Under the pieces are notes generated by a model. The model saw only the letters and a program-made list of their open reading frames with translations, searched no databases and was not told the origin of the DNA. A stretch of DNA of 64,000 nucleotides, taken from contig OZ024747.1 of NCBI GenBank assembly GCA_964016885.1, positions 71,796,001 through 71,860,000 on the forward strand, written 5' to 3'. A program made the translations under genes and the position numbers. Source of the DNA: Eledone cirrhosa. Taxonomy: Eukaryota. The stretch's first letter is position 1; each line of letters starts with the position of its first letter. Below are positions 55,267 to 64,000 of the stretch, one piece after another.

Positions 55267-57304
55267 TTCTTTCTCTCTCTCTTTTTCTCACCCTTTCTCT
55301 GCCACTCTTTATCCCCCCCTCTCTCTCTCTCTCTCTCTCAGTTATTTATAACTATTGCCGCAACTCTAAATTAACAGTATTTCGGTCAACATCTGCTTTC
55401 CGTATTAGAAACGATTCAGTTAGTTCCCAATAACCGAGTCCTTCTCTAAACGTTTAATCTGCCCTTAGTGCACGTCTACATTGGCATATTCGGGAAATCT
55501 AATAGACATTAGTCATTCTCTGAGTAAACTGGATAGGGGCATTATTTTAGCGATAGTTTACCGCAAATATAAATGTAGATTATCTAGGGTCCTTCTTGGG
55601 GACATCCTGCAAGTTAATCTTAACGGTAGGCTAGAATGTCATTTGGAATGACACCTCGAATGGCATCTGAGATCTGGTGACTAAGGTGTAAAATACTATC
55701 ATTAATGAAAGCGGGAGAAAAATTATAGGACGTGAAGTATGGGGAAAAAATGACTTTCGAATGAAAATTGACAGCCTGAGTAATTGACAGTCAGAATAAC
55801 TATCTATGTTTCTGTAAGTATAATTACATAGCAACAAATCAACTGTATTTTTTAAAAGTAGAATGTATACAGAAAAATATAATTATAAATATAAATTTAT
55901 GCCAAACTCAAATGTTTTGTTGAAAAACACATAGCATCAAAATGTCGTTCGCTATTATAATTTTTTCTAAGATATTTTATGATATATATAACAGTATCAT
56001 TAGCTATGCACAAAACAATGCATTTTAAAAAATTCACTACAACTTCCACCTCCTGTAATACAAAGTATCGCAAGAAGTGGGAAGACGATATATCTTCAAT
56101 AAGAGGCTAATCAATTTAGATCGGTAGAAAACTTTCAAGACTGTTGACTATCAGCTCCTAGTGACAGTTCTGAAGGCTGCCAGTCTCAGTCAGATCTTCC
56201 AGTGTTAGCAGCGTCTACTCAGCGGTTTTCTGTCAGAAATGTCCAGTCTCATAGGAATTTTCTGCATATATTTTACCTCTAACCTTTTTCTTTCTCTTCG
56301 GGAGAAAATATTAAATTTGTGAAGTAGTAGTTTACAATTTAGCCCCTGTAGAGGATATTCATGTAGCGAGATATTGTTGAATGTAGGGTTCTGTTAAATT
56401 ACTCGGTTTTTAATTCTAATTCTATCCGGAGATGGAGATGAATAGAAATAAGAAAGAACGGAGAAACAAATGAAAAATCACACTAAAAAAAGGTGAAAGA
56501 TATCCCTGAAAAGCCGTGCTTAATTTACTTTTGTGGTGTACTACGCTTAGCTTCCAATCTGACTGAAACGCCTGATAATGTGTTTTGGAGAATGTTGTAA
56601 AAATGGGGAGAATGTAAGTCTTGTTGCTTTGAAAAGAAAGTATATTTTCTGTCAGTGATTGTTTAAAGCATTCATTGGCAACATATTTAGAGCCACAAAG
56701 GATGTGGCTCGTCATAAGGCAGGCCACACTACTAAAATACTCAAGGCAATTTTGAAATTAGGCGTGCCATTCAGAACCGCAGTTTGCCCATGACTGGTTT
56801 AAAGATAGCGCAAAAGCTAAAATGTAAACATAATCCGAAGTTATACAGTTTTCAAATACGACCAGTTTTGTAATACTCATCTTCCCACCTTTGAATTCTA
56901 CGATTGAAATGTAATCTTAGATAGTTGACTGACAGTGAAGTATAGAATCTAAAGAGTTATCACTTGCTCAATACTCTTTATTCCATCCGAAATATTCTAT
57001 AGTGTGAAAGTGGAGAAGATGCACTGAACAAAGTATTTACTGAGGAGAGTAATAAAAAGATTCTATTTCTAGAGCTCTTTCACCTAACTGCACTACCTGT
57101 CCTCTAAATATTAAGACTTATAGTACTTTAATTCCTTTGTTAGTTTTTTCTTGATTAGTCGAAGCTGGGTTTTCTATTTTGATAGGTTTTACGTGTAGTA
57201 TTTTCCGGGTTTTTATTAAATTTAAGTGGTGGAGTTGTGTTTGGTATGCATATTTTGGTACTTTTTTTATTATAAAACAATTTTACTATCTTTTCTTTTT
57301 GTAG

Positions 57305-57509
57305 TTTTATGACATCAAGTTGACTAATCCAAGGGGATTAAGTCCGAAAACGAATGAAAAAGTGGCATATAGTACAGCCGTATGTGTAAAGTATAGGGAA
57401 CCGAAAAGAGAGATAGGGAGATAAAGAAAAAGAAAGGTTTGCTTAAACGGGAAATAGTGGTACTGAAATATATTGATTTAAGCAAAATAGATTCGTCAAG
57501 ATTTACACA
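57305..57509 (+). other. Probable 5' UTR part of the VGAT exon, starting at a 3' splice acceptor
   Basis: Polypyrimidine tract CTTTTCTTTTTGTAG ends at 57304. Confidence 0.5.
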
Positions 57510-57827
57510 ATGACAGCCAAAAGTGTATACTATATCGAAAAGTTGAAATCCCTGATACGACGGAGTTCAACAGATGAGACTGTTCATTTTGTCAAATATT
57601 CCCAGTTTGAGAACGAAAAAGAACTGACAGAAATATTTGACGACAAAAAGAAATTTGGTAGCATCACAGACGGAAGCAATGGCAACGCATCGATATCTGA
57701 TATAAAAGATACTAAATCTTTAGCAAACACACTACAAACTCCTGTTATGGACACAGTAGATGCTAAATTAGAAAGAAACCGGATCACATCCTGGCAGGCT
57801 GGTTGGAATGTGACAAACGCTATACAG
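57510..57827 (+). CDS. SLC32A1: Vesicular GABA / inhibitory amino acid transporter (VGAT/VIAAT, unc-47-like), first coding exon, 106 aa
   Basis: Ends RITSWQAGWNVTNAIQ, matching the VGAT signature KITAWEAGWNVTNAIQ(G); canonical phase-0 donor CAG|GTAAGC at 57827/57828; no downstream exon recognised in the window. Confidence 0.9.
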
Positions 57828-58791
57828 GTAAGCGTATCATACCTTCGTACATCTTCCAAATATATTATATCATATGTATTTTTTCGTAATTCTTTAATTT
57901 ATTGTAGCCATTGCAATATAGCCATGCTATGACACCTCCCCACGCCACAAAAAAGAAAAGAAAAGAAAATTGTTTTTTCCTCTTGCCACTCTCGTCTATC
58001 TTTCTATTCTTTTATTTCTCCTTCTATCTTCTAATGAAGGACTAACGTCCGAGAAGTTAAAACCTTTTTCCTGCTATATCAATCGCTAAACTAAGATCTG
58101 TCTTCATTGTACTGTATCATTTTTTGCGTTGTTTATCCGTTTACTTTTCACACACACACACGTACACACACACACACACATATATATATGTGTGTGTGTG
58201 TGAGTGTGTGTAATGACAAAATGGTTTTGGTGTTTAATCCCGGGACAGCCCTTATTAAGCAAACCTATGATCAAAGGTGTCTAAGGCTGTGATTATCCCC
58301 TCTTATATATATATTATATATATCCTCTCATATACAGTATATATATATATACTGTATATGAGAGGATATATATAATATATATATATATATATATCCTCTC
58401 ATATATAAATATACAAATATACATATATATATGTGTTTGTGTGTGTGTGTGCGTGTGTGTGTGTGTGTGTGGGTATTCTTCCTTCCTTTTTGGGGCACGC
58501 AACTACTGATGGAGTCGTAGGGACACCATTATGCCATACGACATATTACACCAGTCTGAACACAGCCGATTCTTCCAACAAGAAAGCGGAAGTTTATAGA
58601 GAGAGAATGTGAGTGATAAAGAGAGAGGGAGAAGAAGAATTGATCCAGTCCTGGATTTGTACTTTATTTATCGACCTGGTAAGAATGAAAATCAAAGTTG
58701 GCCGAAGAGAGGGTTTGAACAAATACCCAAAGTATCTGTCACTCTAGTAACAGGCATTTGTCTACATACACATACACACTTAAATACATAC

Positions 58792-58823
<32 letters not shown>

Positions 58824-58835
58824 ATGTGTGTGTGT

Positions 58836-58873
<38 letters not shown>

Positions 58874-59639
58874 CCGTCAATTGCCTTTACTAGTACACAG
58901 ATATTCTAGTTTATTCAAATATTGAACATATATAAGCGAATAAAAACAGTACTCACTACACAAAGTAGAGTTATATTGAATATTCAAGAGAATTTTGTAG
59001 TTATGAAAACGGAAAAGGAGGGGAAAAGCAAGCTTAAATTTAACAACAACAATAATGCTACTAATCTTTTATTTTTATTAGCTATATGGGCCTATACATA
59101 CAATATAAAATATATCCTTACAAAATGAGTTACAAAACGTGTGGAGTTGAACATATAATATTGGAGGTGTGGAGCAACAAATGTAATGCAGTTCAAGAGA
59201 GATTAAAAACATAGTTGTGGTCTCAACCCATCTACACAGGGTTAAATACCCGCCATCAAGGTAGGATCAGGACATTCTACGACTCTGGTCATCTTTTACA
59301 TTCCTCCGAATTTACATCTGAAGTGTTTGGACAGGTGTGAACCGGAAACTTTCTACATTGTGAGCTCTCGTGGTGTAGTTTTTATGTTCTATATAACCTT
59401 CTTTCATTTCATCAATAAATACAGTATTCTTCTCGTTCTCTTTCAGCCCATTCAGCCTTTCTCGCTACTTATTTGGACAACTGTAAGGCCCAAGCACTTT
59501 GAGGGAATTTCTCTTCCAATTTAGAAGGAAAATAGATCACCAAAAAGAGTATAAAGAATGTAAATAATTGGTTAGTGATAGCACTAACACATCGTGGTTC
59601 AGAATAAAATGTATACTATGTTTACCTATAAAAAGCATG

Positions 59640-61150
59640 CATCTAGTCATAGCTACTTCAGCAACTAGGGTAAGAACGATGAATGTATTTCAATGTATTT
59701 ACATATCATCAGCGAGAGCTTACCTTCTCCTGGGTACCCTAGTTGCTAAAGTGGCTGCGATCTGTAGGCACCTTAAATACCCTTTATATTTCTGGGTATA
59801 AGATGAAGTTGGGCACAGCGCGATAATAATTGTTCAGCTGCAGATACAGTTGTTTGCGCCGTGGTACAGGAGACTAATGATGTTGCTGGCTTTTTGTTTT
59901 GTTTTGTTCTTTTTGTATATCTTGTTTTGTTTTTGTTTTTTGTGTATATTTTTACGAATATGTCTTGATTGAGTGATTAGAGAGACAGTATTCTTAGAAT
60001 AGGTTTATATTAGTATTTGGGTATATTGTAAATGTTTCTGGTTGATGGACATGGTTGTGCCTGTAAAGGTAGGGACTAGGGAGGTTTGGAGGTTGTTACG
60101 GCAAAAAAATGTAATATCGTATGCCCAGGTGATCTTTCATTTGTGTGAGCTGTTTTTTATTTATTTGTGTGTGTGTGTGTGTGTGTTTTAAGCTTGTGAT
60201 TTATTTGATATTTTTTGAAAAGATTCTACATGTGCTGGGGATGTTGTTGGTGTGTTACAGGTAATCAGGTAATTTATAATACTTTTCTTTTCTATGTACG
60301 CAGAATGTTTATGTTGTCGAGTGTGATGGTTGGTTGGTTTAATGATGTTTTCTAGTGTTCCACTTCGAAAGAAAAGGGCGAATTTCGTAGACGTTTCTTT
60401 ATGTCTATCGTTTAGAGTCAGGTAGAAAATGGTTGATCTAGAGTTGTATTAGTTGTATAGTTGTATCTAGACAATGATGTAGAAGAAGGAGAGTGAATAT
60501 GTTTCTGTGTACTTAAGATGGTGATGGGGTTGTTTGAAACTGCTAATGTTGGACGTTGTAATTGTGATGATTTTACTCAGTTTTAAAATTCTGGGATTTG
60601 GCAATGTTAGCATGGACTGAAAATATTGATTAGTAATTGCGAGATGATTTAATAGCATGTTCGTGATCTTAAGATTTTCTATTGCTTTTCTCGAATCCAA
60701 TAGGGCCATGGATGTGGTCTAGGTCAGCGGTCGCCAACCTTTCGGACCTCACGGGCCACTAAATTCATAATTTTAAATCCCGCGGACCACTAATATCAAT
60801 TTTTTTTAAAAGATAAATACATTTGTAAAATAATGATGTGAAAACTTCCATTTTATTAAAATGAAATGCACCTATTAAATATAACAAAATTATAATTGCT
60901 TATTTAATTATAACAAAATTATAAATCCTTATGTAATCATAACAAAATCTTTAAAGTAAAAAATGTCCAACCAAAAAATGACAACCAAAATTTTCTCTCG
61001 GACCACCGGTTGGCGACCGCTGGTCTAGGGGACTGGTACACCTGTTTTGTTTTCTTTATGCGAGTTTTGTTGGTTAATTTAAGAAAAATGTTTTCTAAGT
61101 GAGTTTAGTTCATATTGAAATGAGGGTAAGTTATTTGAAGTTGTTATTGT
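59640..61150 (-). mobile_element. Decayed Penelope-like element 3' region with terminal hammerhead-like motif
   Basis: Weak residual similarity to PLE post-RT/GIY-YIG motifs (NHLAI...RILKLS, NSPFS), A-rich sense strand, CTGATGA...GAAA core at 59688-59712. Confidence 0.45.
60725..61022. mobile_element. hAT (Charlie-like) MITE
   Basis: Perfect 15-bp TIRs CAGCGGTCGCCAACC / GGTTGGCGACCGCTG; TSD GTCTAGGT / GTCTAGGG. Confidence 0.92.
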
Positions 61151-61799
61151 GACAAATGACCTACAAATAATGATTTCTGCTATAGGCATAAGGCCAGTAA
61201 TTTTGGGGGGAGGAAAAAGTCGATTAAATCGACCCCAGTGCATTACTGATACTTTATTTTATCAACCCCGTAAAGATGAAAGGTAAAGCTAACCTCGGCA
61301 GGATTTGAACTCAAATTGTAAATGGCCGTAACCTTATATCAAACAACATATCCGATGCTCTACCGATACTGCCAATTCCCCCTTTGTTTTATTCGTGATA
61401 TGCGTGTTGTGGTGATTATGGGCAATTTCATGGAAGAATTGGTTGCCGCGCAATGATGGTACGTAAAAATGTGGGAGAAAAGATATCTGGAGAGGAATAT
61501 TTAATGAGAAATTATTGTACTTACTTTGACGCAAAACTCCACCAGTTGCAGACTGTGCATCAACCTGAGATATTTTTATCCACAAAGTTCGATCACCAGC
61601 AGCAGAGTTTAAGGAGCAAAGATCAAGTCCAGTCCATAAGTTGACATTATCAATTAATGTGCTCGCAAATAAACAAGGAGATATCGAGAGATCGCAAAGA
61701 TCAGATGCTAATTAGCAACAAAAAAAACAATGTCAAAAATTGTAGAGATACACCGTAATTTCTTGCTTTAAAATAGCTTCAATTACAATTATTTTTAGT

Positions 61800-63000
61800 T
61801 ACCTGAGACCATTGAGCAGGTTTCCTTCCTTCCACATTGACCCCTGACTATAAGACAGCTTCAGGGGAGCTCTAAGATGTAGGTCAGCAAAGTAGACCAT
61901 CAATGTATCATCCTTCTCGCGATCGTTATCTTCAATCTGCATATCGCGGTTGGATCTTGTACGGCCCGATGCTGTTGTGATGACTAACGTTTGGAAGTTT
62001 ACGTTATTCCTGGATACTGTTTGTGCTTAGTAATCAATTAGATCAGCGTTCATTTTTTCTTGTAGTTGGAAAAAAATCACCTTGACATGCGTTTAATGTT
62101 TATGTTGTCAACAGTCTGTTACTAAATGGCATGTATGTCTTGTCATTGTTTTTCCCTCTCTCCTACTTCAAGTATCAGTTTTGTGGGTATCAAATACCAG
62201 AATAACATCATCAAAATTTATTGTCAACACTAGGAGCATGTCATTTAATTGTTGACCAAGATCTGTGAATGTGATGATAGTTCAAGCTGTCTTTGCCATC
62301 CATTGAACAAGCACCATTATAGACACGACGGTAATTTTTGGACTCCCAGATGGTGCTGAATGTTTTCCACCACCATACTTTTCAGATGCTGGTGATATTG
62401 CATTCTGATGGAATTAGTTGAATTTTCCAGTTTCTCCAAGCAATTTACTAGCTTTGACTTGTCAGTATTTGGAATGGTGGGTTGATCCATCTGGAACAAT
62501 GCCTTTTGGGAGTCAGAATAAAGTCGTACTTCCCGACTGCATTCTTCTGTTCGATGTCCCGGTTCGATCTGGCTAGAACCATAAACCTACCAAATCGTTC
62601 TTTTGTTTCTTTCAGATCCACCTATTGGCAATGGACCATGACAGTTTGCTTCTTGCTTCCTGATAAAGAGAAAATGATGTCTTTTGTTTCTTGATTGGTC
62701 CTTATAAACTGACGTCTTGATTGATGTATTGGCCAACGTGCTCTTCATACAGTTTCTAGCCACTTTCGTCGATATTCAAATTCTTTTGGACCTCTCTTGG
62801 GAAACACGTGGATGTGTCATGAAGTTATAAAGCTGATCGCTTTTTGCATCAAAGGGATTTTATGACTCAGTATGCTGGCTTTGATCTTTCCTGGCAGCAT
62901 TATGCTCCTTCTTAACAGCAATTCATTGTAGCTAATGGTATCTTTATGGTTTATTAGCAGTGGTACCAAATTGGCTTTTAAACTGTTTTGGTGACGTGAT
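61800..63000 (-). mobile_element. Decayed DNA-transposon-like coding remnant (possibly Academ-type; class uncertain)
   Basis: Minus strand reads VDLKETKERFGRFMVLARSNRDIEQKNAVGKYDFILTP...TDKSKLVNCLE, broken by frameshifts. Confidence 0.5.
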
Positions 63001-63719
63001 ACTCTGGTGTCTCAGAAAGAACCGCTGCAATGTGTTAGCATTATTGGAAATACTAATTAACCCAAAATATATTATCTTCTTTAGTTGTTCGCATGCGAGG
63101 TATCTCACTCTTCGTGACAGATATATCACTGTCCTGGAGTTTACAGCAGGTTTCCGAGTTATTTCTACTAGTGTATTCCTAGTCTTTGGAAAAAAAGGCA
63201 ATTTAAGTTTTATAGAGCAGAAGATGTGAGGAGAAGAATATATTTTGTATCACTTAACGGTGTACATATTCTTTAGTATAACGAAACTCTGGAAAGATAA
63301 AATACCCTAAAAGTAACACATCAGGATTAGCGATTTAATTGTTTAAAAAAACAGTGGGTTTCTAGGATTAGCCTATTTAATTATGTAGTTTGGTTGACTA
63401 GAAGCCGATATAGCACAAACTATGCATTTTGTGGTGGTCAATTTGAAAACAAAAAATCATTCTCAGGCAGATGTCTGCGCAAATGTCAACATTAATGTTT
63501 GGATTCCCACTCTCTGTAAATTCCAGAAATGTATAGTTTTTACAAATCTTGAAAATGTTGAACTGGTAACAGGATGTCAGGTACCAAGTCTAGGTCTTCG
63601 CTTCATTCAGGTCAGCAGTTCCGTCAAAGAGACGATTGACAAAGAGCGACGATACGTTCACGAATCTCTGCAGATGCAGCAGCCTAAGCGGATGTTAGTA
63701 CAACATCAGTCATGACATA

Positions 63720-63960
63720 CCACGCCTGCTACTCAAAGTCTGTTAACAGCTGATGAACCAATTGATAAATAGAACACATCCCTTCCATAAGAAGCGGAAT
63801 GCCAGAATTTCCAATCTGGTTAGATGAAAACTAGGGTAAGGTATGATGATCAAGCGGTGACATATAACAGATGTGGGGTATGCATTCAGTACCTCTACCC
63901 ATTTCTGAGTGAGATTGGCTACCCTGCTCATAACTTCATATCAAAAGCGAAACTTTTATT
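63720..63960 (-). mobile_element. Tx1/L1-like LINE fragment
   Basis: EVLNAY..SVICHRL...LEILAFRFLWKG resembles the post-RT region of L1/Tx1 ORF2. Confidence 0.55.
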
Positions 63961-64000
63961 GGTTAGCCTTACACAATCTTTGCATGTGTCTAAAATGCCA

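Noticed and set aside
57828-57932. C-terminal 34 aa of ORF 57510-57932
   Set aside because: Read-through into intron after the GTAAGC donor; VGAT similarity stops at NAIQ

Overview
This is AT-rich animal genomic DNA, very dense in microsatellites. The SINE, RTE and microsatellite content suggests an octopus or other coleoid cephalopod (inference). Only one host coding segment is supportable: the first coding exon of a vesicular GABA/inhibitory amino acid transporter (VGAT/SLC32A1-like, 57510-57827, +). The rest is decayed mobile DNA: RTE and Tx1/L1-like LINE fragments, tRNA-derived SINEs (Nin/Deu and Meta domains), mariner, pogo and hAT elements, Penelope-like (PLE) retroelement remnants and minisatellites. 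The most striking unexplained pattern is about 12 short non-coding inserts from at least 8 families. They sit in (TA)n tracts and carry an asymmetric fold-back hairpin whose apex differs between copies. Several share a 3' motif (CTCTAC...TATTGAGYRC), and some carry minimal hammerhead-ribozyme cores. I read these as a (TA)n-targeting system of non-autonomous or 5'-truncated PLE derivatives. Boundaries were read by eye and are approximate unless a TSD or splice site is cited.
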